From Chloroflexota bacterium (GTDB lineage: Bacteria > Chloroflexota > Anaerolineae > UBA1429), in NCBI GenBank assembly GCA_021372475.1, contig JAJFUJ010000115.1, forward strand, positions 1,398 through 65,397: a stretch of DNA of 64,000 nt. The letters are read 5' to 3'. Below are positions 29,405-39,406 of this stretch, in pieces. The notes beneath the pieces are model-generated. The model ran no database searches. It was not told the origin of the DNA and saw only the letters and a program-made list of their open reading frames with translations. Within the stretch, counting starts at the first letter, position 1, and each line of letters opens with the position of its first letter. The position numbers were made by a program, and so were the translations under genes.

Positions 29405-29983
29405 ATGGCTTTAGCAACTGAATTCAAGCCGCTCGCGCTCGATACCTGGCCCGACCTGGAGCGCCTCTTTGGTCCGAAGGGTGCTTGCGGGGGCTGCTGG
29501 TGTATGTACTGGTTCCTAGCCAGCAAGACCTTCGTGGCTGGCCTGGGTGAACCGAACCGCTGCGCCCTGCACGAACTGGCTGGCAGCGACCCGGCGCTGG
29601 GGTTGATCGCTTATGTTGGGGATGAGCCGGCCGCCTGGTGCGCCATGAGCCCACGCGAACGCTACCCGCGTTTGGAGCGCTCGCGGGTGCTGGCGCGTGT
29701 GGACGATGCGCATGTCTGGAGCGTGGTGTGCTTTTACACCACCAAGCGCTTCCGCCGGCAGGGATTGACGGTCGAGCTGCTGCGAGCTGCCTGCGCCTAT
29801 GCCGCCAGCAAGGGGGCGCGCATCGTCGAGGGCTATCCTGTCGAACCAGCGCCTGGCAAAAAACAGGCTGACGCGTTCGTCTATACCGGACTGGCCAGCG
29901 CCTTTCTCAAAGCGGGGTTTCACGAGGTGGCGCGCCGTTCGCCCACCCGTCCAATTATGCGCTATGATATCCTGAACAATTGA
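29405..29983 (+). CDS. GNAT family N-acetyltransferase
   Basis: FRRQGLTVELLRAACAYAASKGARIVEGYP is an acetyl-CoA-binding motif A (R/Q-x-x-G-x-G/A-like). ATG 29405 is preceded by AGGAGG. Confidence 0.65.
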   Translation: MALATEFKPLALDTWPDLERLFGPKGACGGCWCMYWFLASKTFVAGLGEPNRCALHELAGSDPALGLIAYVGDEPAAWCAMSPRERYPRLERSRVLARVDDAHVWSVVCFYTTKRFRRQGLTVELLRAACAYAASKGARIVEGYPVEPAPGKKQADAFVYTGLASAFLKAGFHEVARRSPTRPIMRYDILNN

Positions 29984-29998
29984 GCAAGGAGACAAACA

Positions 29999-31615
29999 AT
30001 GCCTGCACACCGAGTCGCGATGCTGCACGTTCCGCTCGAATGGGGATTCACCTCTGCCAAGCCCTACAAGGACCCCGGCAACGAGGTGACGCTGGATGTG
30101 GCCGTAACCGCCCCCGACGGCGCCACCGCGGTGGTGCCCTGCTTTTGGGCCGGCGGGCTAGAATGGCGGGTACGCTATGCCGCGCGCCAGATCGGCGTCC
30201 ACACCTGGCGCACCATCTGCAGCGACACCTCGAACCCCGACCTGCACGGCATAGAAGGCACGCTCGAGGCCATACCCTACCAGGGGACAAATATGCTCTA
30301 TGCCCGCGGTGCGCTGCAGGTGGCGCCCGCGAAAAACTATATACAGTTCTCAGATGGCACGCCGTTCTTTTGGCTGGCGGATACCTGGTGGATGGGGCTG
30401 ACCAAGCGGTTGGCCTGGCCGGATGAGTTCCAACTGCTGGCAGCGGATCGCGTCAGCAAGGGATTCTCTGTTGTGCAGATTGTGGCCGGCTTGTATCCGG
30501 ATATGCCGGCCTATGACGAACGCGGTTTCAATGAGGCCGGGCATCCCTGGGAACCCGACTATGCCCGCCTGAATCCGCGCTATTTCGATATGGCCGACCT
30601 GCGCATCCAGCAATTGGTGCGCTCGGGGCTGGTGCCGTGTATCGTGGGCTGTTGGGCTTACCACTTGCCCTGGCTGGGAATGGAGAAAATGAAGCTGCAC
30701 TGGCGCAACATCATCGCGCGCTGGGGCGCCTACCCCGTGGTGTGGTGCCTGGCCGGCGAGGGCGCTATGCCTTATTACAATTCCAGCGATAAAGATGCCG
30801 ACCGCGCCTTGCAGGTGCATGGCTGGACGGAAATCGCGCGCTATGTGCGCCAGACCGATCCCAACCACCGGCTCATCACCATCCACCCGACGGATTCCGG
30901 GCGCAACAACGTGGAAGACCCGGCGGTGCTCGATTTTGACTTTTTGCAGACCGGCCACGGCGGTTGGGACAGTGTGCCCAATATCGTCAAAAAGGTGCGT
31001 GAGGGCGTGGCGGCAGAGCCTAAAATGCCGGTGATCAACTCCGAGGTGAATTACGAGGGCATCCTCGAGGCCAGCCGCGAGGAGGTGCAGCGCTTTGACT
31101 TCTGGGCTACGGTGCTGCTGGGAGCGGGCTTTACCTACGGCGCCAATGGCATCTGGCAGCTCAACCGTGCCGAACGGCCCTACGGCCCCTCGCCGCACGG
31201 CGCCTCCTGGGGAGATACCCCCTGGACGGAAGCCTACCGCTTGCCGGGGGGCGCGCAAATCGGTCTGGGCAAGAAATTCCTGGAACGCTACCCATGGTGG
31301 GAGTTTGTGGCCCATCCAGAGTGGATCGATGACGCGGCCACCAACGACAAGCCGATTGCCCCTTATGCGGCCGGCATCCCCGGCCAGGTGCGCCTGTATT
31401 ACTTCCCGCGGCCGATTTTCCCATGGGGATCGAACCCGACGCGCCTGCGCGGCCTGGAGCAGGGCGCGGTGTATCGCACCTTCTGGTTCAACCCCAAGAA
31501 CGCCGCAGAGGTGAACCTGCCGAACACGATCGCCGAAGCCGACGGCTCCGCAGCCCTACCGATCCCGACCGTCATGCAGGATTGGCTGCTGGTATTGGAA
31601 CGCATCCCCGCATAA
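29999..31615 (+). CDS. DUF5060/DUF4038-type glycoside hydrolase (GH140-like)
   Basis: FSDGTPFFWLADTWW and VVQIVAGLYPD are typical of the DUF4038 TIM barrel, preceded by an Ig-like N-domain. No signal peptide. Confidence 0.55.
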   Translation: MPAHRVAMLHVPLEWGFTSAKPYKDPGNEVTLDVAVTAPDGATAVVPCFWAGGLEWRVRYAARQIGVHTWRTICSDTSNPDLHGIEGTLEAIPYQGTNMLYARGALQVAPAKNYIQFSDGTPFFWLADTWWMGLTKRLAWPDEFQLLAADRVSKGFSVVQIVAGLYPDMPAYDERGFNEAGHPWEPDYARLNPRYFDMADLRIQQLVRSGLVPCIVGCWAYHLPWLGMEKMKLHWRNIIARWGAYPVVWCLAGEGAMPYYNSSDKDADRALQVHGWTEIARYVRQTDPNHRLITIHPTDSGRNNVEDPAVLDFDFLQTGHGGWDSVPNIVKKVREGVAAEPKMPVINSEVNYEGILEASREEVQRFDFWATVLLGAGFTYGANGIWQLNRAERPYGPSPHGASWGDTPWTEAYRLPGGAQIGLGKKFLERYPWWEFVAHPEWIDDAATNDKPIAPYAAGIPGQVRLYYFPRPIFPWGSNPTRLRGLEQGAVYRTFWFNPKNAAEVNLPNTIAEADGSAALPIPTVMQDWLLVLERIPA

Positions 31616-31662
31616 CTATATCAGGCCGGAGCTCAATACCCCGGCCCTTTTGAGGAGGCGCG

Positions 31663-34005
31663 ATGGACTTGAGCAAACGCCAGGCGTTGAGCCTGGATGG
31701 CGAATGGAAGCTGGCATTGCTGTTCCAGGAGCCGGTGGGGATGTACAGCACCTGGCAGGAGCTGACCGATGCCGGCCTGGAGACGCTCCCGGCCACCGTG
31801 CCGGGCAACCTGGAGCTGGATTTACAGGCGGCTGGCAAGCTGCCCGAGCCGTTTTACGGGATGAATATGACCTTGCTGGAGCCGCTGGAGCGCGCGCATG
31901 TGTATTATGGCCGCACGTTCACTGCACCTGTCGACTTGGGCGAGGACACCCGCATCCTGTTCAAGGGGCTGGATTGCCTGGCGGACATCTTTATCAACGG
32001 GGAATTAGTCGGCTCCGCCGATAACATGCTCATCGAGCACGAGGTATATCCCCTGGCCTTTCTGCGGCCGGGGGCAGAGAACGAGATATTGGTGCACATC
32101 CGCCCGGCATTGGAGGAAGCCCGCCGCTATGATTACTCGGCCGGCCTGCATGCCGGCGCGGCCAGCTTTGAATCGCTGTATATCCGCAAGGCGCCACATA
32201 TGTACGGCTGGGATATTATGCCGCGCGCGCTTTCAGCCGGGCTGTGGCGTTCGGTCTGCCTGATGCGCTATCCCAGCGAGTACATCGAACAGGTTTTCCT
32301 GGAGACGCAGTCGCTGGCGGCCGACCATACCAGCGCGCAGATGATGCTGCACTACCAGGTGCAGATTGAAGGCGCAGCCGGAGAACAATACGAGCTGCTC
32401 TTGGAAGGCGACTGCGGAGCATCGAGCTTCTGCCAGCGGCGGCGTATCCTGTTCGATGCTGGCAACATCCAGTTTCGTATCGACCACCCGGCGCTGTGGT
32501 GGCCGCGCGGGCGCGGCGAGCAGGCGCTTTACGTCTGCAAGGTGACACTCCTGCATAGCGGCGCGGCGGTAGATACGGTTGAGTTCACCACCGGCATCCG
32601 CACGGCCGAGCTGGAGCGCAGCAGCATCACTGACGAACGCGGCTCGGGCGAGTTTTGCTTCCGCATCAACGGCGAAAAGGTGTTCGTGCATGGCTCGAAC
32701 TGGGTGCCAGTGGACGCCTTTCACTCGCGCGACGCGGCGCGCATCCCGCAGATTATCGCCATGGCGGAGGAGCTCAATATCAACATGTTCCGCTGCTGGG
32801 GCGGCAACGTCTATGAGAATGACGTGTTTTATGAGCTGTGCGACCAAAAGGGCATTATGATCTGGCAGGATTTTGCCATGGCCTGCGCGGTATATCCGCA
32901 GGATGCCGGCTTTTGCAACAAGCTCGAGGATGAGGCGCGCGCGGTGGTGCGCAGGCTGCGCATGCATCCGGCGCTAACGCTGTGGGCGGGCGATAACGAG
33001 TGCGATGAGTCCTATTCCTGGGCCGGGCGCAAACGCGACCCAAACAACAATGTGCTGACGCGCGAGGTGCTGCCGGCCGTGCTGCGCGACGAGGACCCTA
33101 CCCGGCCGTATATCCCCAGCTCGCCCCATGTGGACGAGACGGCCTTCAAAGCCGGAGAGATCTATCTGCCGGAGCAGCACCTGTGGGGGCCGCGCGATTA
33201 TTTCAAGAGCCCTTACTATAAGACGTCCTTGTGCCACTTTGCCAGCGAAATCGGCTATCACGGCTGCCCGGCGCCGATCTCGATTCGCAAGTTCATCTCA
33301 CCGGACAAGGTATGGCCGTACCAGGATAATGAGGAATGGCAACTGCACTCGACTTCGCCGGTGCCCGGCATGCGCCTCTTTGACGGCCGTGTGCTACTCA
33401 TGGAGAAACAAGTGCGCGAGTTGTTCGGCGCGGTGCCGGATAACCTGCCCGCCTATGCCCTGGCCAGCCAGATATCGCAGGCTGAGGCGAAAAAGTTCTT
33501 TGTCGAGCTCTTTCGCACGATGAAATGGCGCCGCACCGGCATCCTGTGGTGGAACCTGATGGACGGGTGGCCGCAGTTCTCGGATGCCATTGTGGACTAT
33601 TATTTCAATAAAAAACTGGCCTTCAGCTACCTCCAGCGCAGCCAACTCCCGCTCTGCCTGGTGCTGAGCGAGCCGGCCGATTGGGCGCAGGCGCTGGTGG
33701 CCTGCAACGACACCCGCGACGACCTGGCCGTGCGCTACACAGTGACCGACCAGGCCAGCGGAAGGGTGGTGCTGGAGGGCACAGGCATCGCTTACCGCGA
33801 CGCCTCCACCCGCCTAGGGATCATCCCGTTCTCGATGGGCGCCAAACGGCTGTACGTCATCCGCTGGGAGAGCACTCTGGGGGCGGCCGCCAACCACTAC
33901 CTGGCCGGCAATCCACCCTTTGAGCTCAAGCAATATGTGGAGTGGATGACGCAATCCGGGCTGCTCAGCGCAGAGTGGCTGAAGCAGAACGGGCTGGGCG
34001 TATAA
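31663..34005 (+). CDS. GH2 family glycosidase (beta-mannosidase / exo-glucosaminidase-like), paralogue of 13920-16403
   Basis: LDGEWKL...VPGNLELDL...LPEPFYGMN and CWGGNVYENDVFYELCDQKGIMIWQDFAMAC, WAGDNEC. Confidence 0.8.
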   Translation: MDLSKRQALSLDGEWKLALLFQEPVGMYSTWQELTDAGLETLPATVPGNLELDLQAAGKLPEPFYGMNMTLLEPLERAHVYYGRTFTAPVDLGEDTRILFKGLDCLADIFINGELVGSADNMLIEHEVYPLAFLRPGAENEILVHIRPALEEARRYDYSAGLHAGAASFESLYIRKAPHMYGWDIMPRALSAGLWRSVCLMRYPSEYIEQVFLETQSLAADHTSAQMMLHYQVQIEGAAGEQYELLLEGDCGASSFCQRRRILFDAGNIQFRIDHPALWWPRGRGEQALYVCKVTLLHSGAAVDTVEFTTGIRTAELERSSITDERGSGEFCFRINGEKVFVHGSNWVPVDAFHSRDAARIPQIIAMAEELNINMFRCWGGNVYENDVFYELCDQKGIMIWQDFAMACAVYPQDAGFCNKLEDEARAVVRRLRMHPALTLWAGDNECDESYSWAGRKRDPNNNVLTREVLPAVLRDEDPTRPYIPSSPHVDETAFKAGEIYLPEQHLWGPRDYFKSPYYKTSLCHFASEIGYHGCPAPISIRKFISPDKVWPYQDNEEWQLHSTSPVPGMRLFDGRVLLMEKQVRELFGAVPDNLPAYALASQISQAEAKKFFVELFRTMKWRRTGILWWNLMDGWPQFSDAIVDYYFNKKLAFSYLQRSQLPLCLVLSEPADWAQALVACNDTRDDLAVRYTVTDQASGRVVLEGTGIAYRDASTRLGIIPFSMGAKRLYVIRWESTLGAAANHYLAGNPPFELKQYVEWMTQSGLLSAEWLKQNGLGV

Positions 34006-34024
34006 TTAACCTTCTGTAGAGCGC

Positions 34025-34060
34025 GGGCAGGCTCTCGCCTGCCCGCGTTGTATTTTACTT
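34025..34060. terminator. hairpin terminator between convergent genes
   Basis: CGCGGGCAGG (34025-34034), 6-nt loop, CCTGCCCGCG (34041-34050), followed by TTGTATTTTA. Confidence 0.7.
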
Positions 34061-34062
34061 TC

Positions 34063-35952
34063 CTAGCTGGTCGCGGGCGCGGGCAGCGCGCCTGATAGCG
34101 TGCCTGGCGCCTCGGTCTCTTCTTGGCGACGGAACTGGCTCATATACAGGGAATAGTAGAGTCCTTCCTTGGCCAGCAGCTCGTTGTGTTTACCTTGCTC
34201 CACAATCTTGCCCTTGTCGATGACCAGGATGTTATCCGCGTTGCGGATAGTGCTCAGGCGGTGGGCGATGACCACGCTGGTGCGCTTGTGCAGCAGGTTA
34301 TTCAGCGCCTTTTGGATGAGCAGCTCGGTGCGGGTATCCACCGAGCTGGTCGCCTCATCCAGGATGAGGACAGCCGGGTCCTTGAGCACCGCACGCGAGA
34401 TAGCCAGCAATTGGCGGTTGCCGTGGCTGAGGGTTGCGCCGCGCTCGCCCAGCATCGTCTGGTAACCATCGGGCAGCCGTTCGATTAAGGCATGGGCATT
34501 GGCTAGTTTAGCCGCAGCGATCACTTCTTCATCGGACGCCTCCAGCCGGCCGTAGCGAATATTTTCCATCACCGTGCCGGTAAAGAGATAAGTATCCTGA
34601 GGCACCACGCCGATCTGGTCGCGCAGGCTTTTGGCATGTATATGGCGCACGTCATGGCCATCCACCAGCACGGCGCCGGATTGGACGTCATACATCCGCT
34701 GCAGCAGAGCAACGATAGTCGTTTTGCCGGCGCCGGTCGGTCCGACGATAGCCACCGTCTGGCCGGGCTTGATGGCGAAGGAGATATCGTCGAGCACCAG
34801 CTCTTTCTCTGTGTAGCGGAAGGTGACATGGTCGTAGACGATATCGCCTACGATGGGCGGGATATCCACCGCGTCGGGGGCATCCGCCACCTCCGGCTGG
34901 GTATCCAGCAGCTCAAATAAACGCTCAGCGCCGGCGAGTGCAGACTGCAGTTGGTTATAAAGCTGCAGCAATTGGTTAATGGGGTCATAAAAGCGGCGCA
35001 CATAGTTGGTGAAGGCAACGATGATACCGACGCTAACCAACGGCGGGTTAAAGCCCAATATCAGGTAACCGCCGTAGCCAATGACGATAATGATACCTAC
35101 CGTCGTCAACACCCCCAGGATGGGGCCAAAGGCTGCAGAAAGGGTTTGGGCGGTGACATTGGCATCGCGGTTGCGCAGGTTGGTCTCGCGGAACTCTTTG
35201 AGCGTTTCGCCCTCGCGTGCGAACGCCTGCACTTCACGCACGCCGGCGATGTTCTCCTGTAGATTGGCGGAGACTTCACCAATCGTCTTGCGCGTAACGC
35301 GAAAGGCCGAGCGCACCCGTTTGGTAAAGATGACGGCAAAAACGATAAAGACCGGCAGCACGACGAACGAAACCAACGACAAGCGCCAGTTAAGCAGCAT
35401 CATGGAGATAAACACGCCGACAATCGTCAGCGAGCCGCGCAGAATCTGCACGATGCCGGGGCCAAAGACATCAGCAATTACTTGTGTATCGTTGACCAGC
35501 CGGCTCATCAAATCGCCGGCCTCGTGCTGGTCATAATAGCTCAGTGAGAGCTGCTGCAGCTTTTGAAAAATCTGCATTCGCATCAAAAGCAGCACCTTTT
35601 GCGTCATCCGAATCATCAAGCGGTACATAATCACCGAGAGGAACCAACCCAGCGCATAGGTTAGCGCCAGCAGCCCCATCGTCACGCCCAGGCCCAGCCC
35701 ACGTGACGGGCTGCTGCCTATGAGGAGTTGCAACCATGCCGGCAGCGGCTGGGCGCCGACGGTGATGAAATGGTCGACGGCCACAGCAATCAGGTACGGG
35801 CCGGCCAGATCGCCCAAAACGGCAACTATCAGAACAACCAAAATGAGCAGGAGGCGCTTTTTATACGGCTCGAAATAAACCAGCAGCCGTTTGAACGCTT
35901 GACCTGCCGACTTGGGTTTGCCTTCAGCCATCGAGATTCCGCCGTGTCCCAT
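34063..35952 (-). CDS. ABC exporter, fused permease/ATPase subunit (type I exporter half-transporter)
   Basis: Six-TM N-domain. Walker A GPTGAGKTT, signature LSHGNRQ, Walker B LILDEATS. AGGAGGG RBS inside the end of the upstream gene. Confidence 0.9.
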   Translation of the reverse strand: MGHGGISMAEGKPKSAGQAFKRLLVYFEPYKKRLLLILVVLIVAVLGDLAGPYLIAVAVDHFITVGAQPLPAWLQLLIGSSPSRGLGLGVTMGLLALTYALGWFLSVIMYRLMIRMTQKVLLLMRMQIFQKLQQLSLSYYDQHEAGDLMSRLVNDTQVIADVFGPGIVQILRGSLTIVGVFISMMLLNWRLSLVSFVVLPVFIVFAVIFTKRVRSAFRVTRKTIGEVSANLQENIAGVREVQAFAREGETLKEFRETNLRNRDANVTAQTLSAAFGPILGVLTTVGIIIVIGYGGYLILGFNPPLVSVGIIVAFTNYVRRFYDPINQLLQLYNQLQSALAGAERLFELLDTQPEVADAPDAVDIPPIVGDIVYDHVTFRYTEKELVLDDISFAIKPGQTVAIVGPTGAGKTTIVALLQRMYDVQSGAVLVDGHDVRHIHAKSLRDQIGVVPQDTYLFTGTVMENIRYGRLEASDEEVIAAAKLANAHALIERLPDGYQTMLGERGATLSHGNRQLLAISRAVLKDPAVLILDEATSSVDTRTELLIQKALNNLLHKRTSVVIAHRLSTIRNADNILVIDKGKIVEQGKHNELLAKEGLYYSLYMSQFRRQEETEAPGTLSGALPAPATS

Positions 35953-35954
35953 GG

Positions 35955-37721
35955 TTAACCCTCCTGGGCGACAGGATTCAGCGCCTCATCCTTGGACGTA
36001 TCCTGCAATTGCGTGTGATAGATTTCAGCGTAAATCTCGCTGCACTCGAGCAGTTCTTCGTGGTTACCGCGCGCAACAATTTCACCTTTATCCAGCACCA
36101 GAATCTGGTCGGCGTTGAGCACGGTGGCGACGCGCTGGGCGATGACAAAACTTGTACGCCCCTGCATTAGACGATCGAGCGCCTTTTGGATTCTATACTC
36201 CGTGGTCAGGTCCACGCTTGAAGTGGCGTCATCAAGGATGAGTATTTTCGGATTCAGCAGCAGCGCGCGGGCGATGGCCACACGCTGCTTTTGCCCGCCG
36301 GATAGGGTCGTACCGCGTTCGCCGACGCGCGTCTCATAGCCATCCCTAAAGCTGGTGATAAACTCGTGCGCCTCGGCAGCCTGGGCTGCCGCCATGATAT
36401 CCTCCAAGGTGGCATCCGGTCGCCCGAAAGCGATATTCTCGCGGATAGTGCCCTCGAAGAGGTTAGTCTCTTGCAGGACGATGCCGATTTGCTCACGCAG
36501 CGATTCGAGCGTCACATCGCGGATATCGTAGTTATCGACGGTAACACGGCCCTCGGTAACCTCATAAAAACGCGGGATCAGGTTGATGATAGTGGATTTG
36601 CCGGAGCCGGTCGCGCCGAGCAACGCAATCGATTGGCCGGGTTCAGCCACAAAACTGACGTCTTTGAGGACCGGATCGCCCGACTGGTAGTAGCGGAAGG
36701 TAACGTCCTCAAAAGCAACGCGCCCCTGAATAGGAGGCAGCAGTACGGCGCCGGGCTTTTCCACCACCTCGGAGCTGGTATCTATGATCTCATAGATACG
36801 TTCGGCAGAGGCCGCGGCCTGCGAGAACATCGAGAGCACAAAACCCATCATTATCACCGGGAAAAACGCCATCATCACATAGCTGGTAAAGGCGACCAAC
36901 TCGCCGATGGTCAAGCTCCCGCCGATGACCTGGCTGCCGCCAATCCAGTAAACCGCCAGGGTGGCGATATTGGCCATCGTAAAGATGGAAGGGAACGAAA
37001 GCGAGAGGATACGATTGACCTCGAGGGCAACATCGTACAGCTTTTGGTTAGCCCGCTCGTAGCGGTCAGCCTCATGCTTTTCACGAGCGAAAGCCTTGAC
37101 GACGCGCACCCCGGCGATGTTTTCCTGCAGGACGACATTCAGCTCAGAGAGGCGCACCTGGGTAGTCTTGAACAAGGGCTGGGAGGCGCGTACAAACAAC
37201 GAAAAGATAATGCCCGTCACAGGGATAATCACCACCATCACCAGCGCCAGGCGCCAGTTGGTGGTAAAGAGCAGAATCAACGCGCCAATCATCATCAGCG
37301 CTGCGGAAATCAGTTGGATAAGTCCGGTACCAAGAAAGCGCTGCACCATCTCGACATCCGAGGTAGCACGTGTCAGCAGTTGCCCCGTTTGAGCGCGATC
37401 ATGGTAACTAAAGGAGAGCGATTGGATCTTGCTGTAGAGCACGTTGCGCATATCAAAGGCGATGCCCTGAGCCGTGCGTGCCCCCAACGCCCCATTGGCA
37501 AACTGAAGAAATCCCTGGGCCGCAGCCAACCCCAGCATCACCAACGATAAGGAAATGACGACCTGCAGGTTACCCTGTCCCAAACCCTGGTCAAGGATGG
37601 TTTGCGATAGGCGCGGCACCGCCAGCGACGTAACGACATTGCCCACCATGCACACCAACGCTGCGGCTGCCAGTCGCCAGTATTTCCGCAGGTAGGATAG
37701 CGAACGCAAGAGCTGTTTCAC
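35955..37721 (-). CDS. ABC exporter, fused permease/ATPase subunit (partner half-transporter)
   Basis: GTG start with AAGGAG 7 nt upstream. Walker A GATGSGKST, signature LSGGQKQR, Walker B LILDDATS. Confidence 0.9.
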   Translation of the reverse strand: MKQLLRSLSYLRKYWRLAAAALVCMVGNVVTSLAVPRLSQTILDQGLGQGNLQVVISLSLVMLGLAAAQGFLQFANGALGARTAQGIAFDMRNVLYSKIQSLSFSYHDRAQTGQLLTRATSDVEMVQRFLGTGLIQLISAALMMIGALILLFTTNWRLALVMVVIIPVTGIIFSLFVRASQPLFKTTQVRLSELNVVLQENIAGVRVVKAFAREKHEADRYERANQKLYDVALEVNRILSLSFPSIFTMANIATLAVYWIGGSQVIGGSLTIGELVAFTSYVMMAFFPVIMMGFVLSMFSQAAASAERIYEIIDTSSEVVEKPGAVLLPPIQGRVAFEDVTFRYYQSGDPVLKDVSFVAEPGQSIALLGATGSGKSTIINLIPRFYEVTEGRVTVDNYDIRDVTLESLREQIGIVLQETNLFEGTIRENIAFGRPDATLEDIMAAAQAAEAHEFITSFRDGYETRVGERGTTLSGGQKQRVAIARALLLNPKILILDDATSSVDLTTEYRIQKALDRLMQGRTSFVIAQRVATVLNADQILVLDKGEIVARGNHEELLECSEIYAEIYHTQLQDTSKDEALNPVAQEG

Positions 37722-37953
37722 CGTGAATCTCCTTAAGCGAAGCGGCCATCGCGGTTACCTTGGAATTGTCCTCGAGTCTGCAAGAGTTATTACGATAAAC
37801 AACGAACAACGTTTCGTATATCGGGTGGATTGAGTATTCGAATTATATATTGAGCTTGTGCCTTCTGGCAAGCAGCCAAACGGTTGCAGGTTTTACAGTT
37901 TACAGCATAATGATGGTATATTCATGTGAAATTATTATCCGGAGTTCTCTGCC

Positions 37954-39279
37954 TTGCGGATTACCGTTGGTTATACAATACGGCGTATCGCTTCATTTAC
38001 CGTGTTGCTGGTGCTTGGGCTGATGTGCAGCAACCCAACCATCGCCTTATCCCTAACGCACGACGCGGATGGCCGCGCGACTTGGGATGTGAACGGCGCC
38101 AATGCCGACCGGGCGGCGATATATGCTGCAGCCGAGTCGGCCGTCAATACAGGGCTGCTCAGCCAGTTTACCTATGCATATCCTGCGCAGCCAGCAAGCA
38201 ATGACAAGCTTTGTGCCATGAATGCTCCGCGCACCCTCGCGAATCAACGATGGGCTGACTGGTCAACTAACAGCAGTGAGCTCCAGGCCATTCAGGAGTT
38301 GATCTGGGCCACCAGCAGCCAACAGGCGGCCGGGATACGGCTGGTCTATCAGGCGTTTTATAATGAATCCGCCCTCGTCGCCAGGATGGGATCATCTCTT
38401 TATGCACTATATGCTCAGGAGCGCGAAGACCAGCGGCAAGCTTATTTTGCCGCTGTCAATAAAATTTATGGCGCCGCACTGGTACCTGCCAAGCCGCCCA
38501 GCATCCTTACGCTCCTGGCAAAAGATGAGAGCACCCAGGCAAAGCTCAGCAGCGCCAGCCAGGCCGCCGAGCAGATTATTGCCCCTTTGCGGGGCGATTA
38601 CGCAGTTTACTTTTACGCGCTGAACGGCGGCGGCTCCTTTGCGCTCAATGGACAGTTCGCGTTGTCCTCCGCCTCCCTGATGAAAATGCCAACATTGATT
38701 GCGCTCTACCGCGAGGCTGATGCAGGCCGTATCAACCTGGATACGGTTTACACACTGGAAGAGAGTGATATGCAGGGGGGAGCCGGCATCCTGGCGGATG
38801 AACAGCCCGGCTATGCGCTGACATACCGCGAGCTGGCCAGATTGATGGGCGAATATTCGGACAACACGGCCTACGAAATCATCACGCGAGTGCTCGGTGA
38901 ATCGCTCATTCAGGAGACCATCAACTTGCTAGGGATGAGCCAAACCTCATTTGTCGAGCGGCTGACCACCGCGGAAGATATGGGCGTCCTGTTTCGCAAG
39001 CTTTACCAAGGGCAAGTCGTCTCGGATCAATCTCGTGACGAGATCCTTTCTTTTATAATCAACACGGCCTACGAGGACCGCATCTCGTTGGGCATCCCGG
39101 ACGGCATCACTGTGGCTCATAAAGTGGGCACTAAGATAGGGATCCTTTCCGACGCAGGGATCGTCTTTGCACAGGATCCCTATATACTGGTAATTATGTC
39201 GCAGCGCACAGCCGCGGCTCAAGCCAGTTGGGCACTGCCGGAAATATCCCGCATCATATACGCGCAGTGGGAGCAGTAA
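37954..39279 (+). CDS. secreted serine hydrolase with class A beta-lactamase fold and a ~220-aa N-terminal extension
   Basis: TTG start. Signal-like FTVLLVLGLMCSNPTIALS. The C-terminal half carries S-x-x-K (SLMK), SDN (YSDNTAY) and KVG (HKVGTK) in the order expected for class A enzymes. Confidence 0.6.
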   Translation: MRITVGYTIRRIASFTVLLVLGLMCSNPTIALSLTHDADGRATWDVNGANADRAAIYAAAESAVNTGLLSQFTYAYPAQPASNDKLCAMNAPRTLANQRWADWSTNSSELQAIQELIWATSSQQAAGIRLVYQAFYNESALVARMGSSLYALYAQEREDQRQAYFAAVNKIYGAALVPAKPPSILTLLAKDESTQAKLSSASQAAEQIIAPLRGDYAVYFYALNGGGSFALNGQFALSSASLMKMPTLIALYREADAGRINLDTVYTLEESDMQGGAGILADEQPGYALTYRELARLMGEYSDNTAYEIITRVLGESLIQETINLLGMSQTSFVERLTTAEDMGVLFRKLYQGQVVSDQSRDEILSFIINTAYEDRISLGIPDGITVAHKVGTKIGILSDAGIVFAQDPYILVIMSQRTAAAQASWALPEISRIIYAQWEQ

Positions 39280-39406
39280 CCCACGCAGCAGGTGTTGGGA
39301 ATCTCTGGCGCTGCTAACGCGTAAAGATAATTCGATAGAACCGCTGAGATGCTACTCGGCGGGATGCCGGGAGTGTTCGTAATTCAGCGGGTAAAGGAGC
39401 AGCTAT

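Noticed and set aside
36366-37550. 394-aa plus-strand ORF opposite the ABC exporter gene
   Set aside because: It is antisense to a gene with Walker A/B and signature motifs, and has an H/R/D/Q-rich composition.
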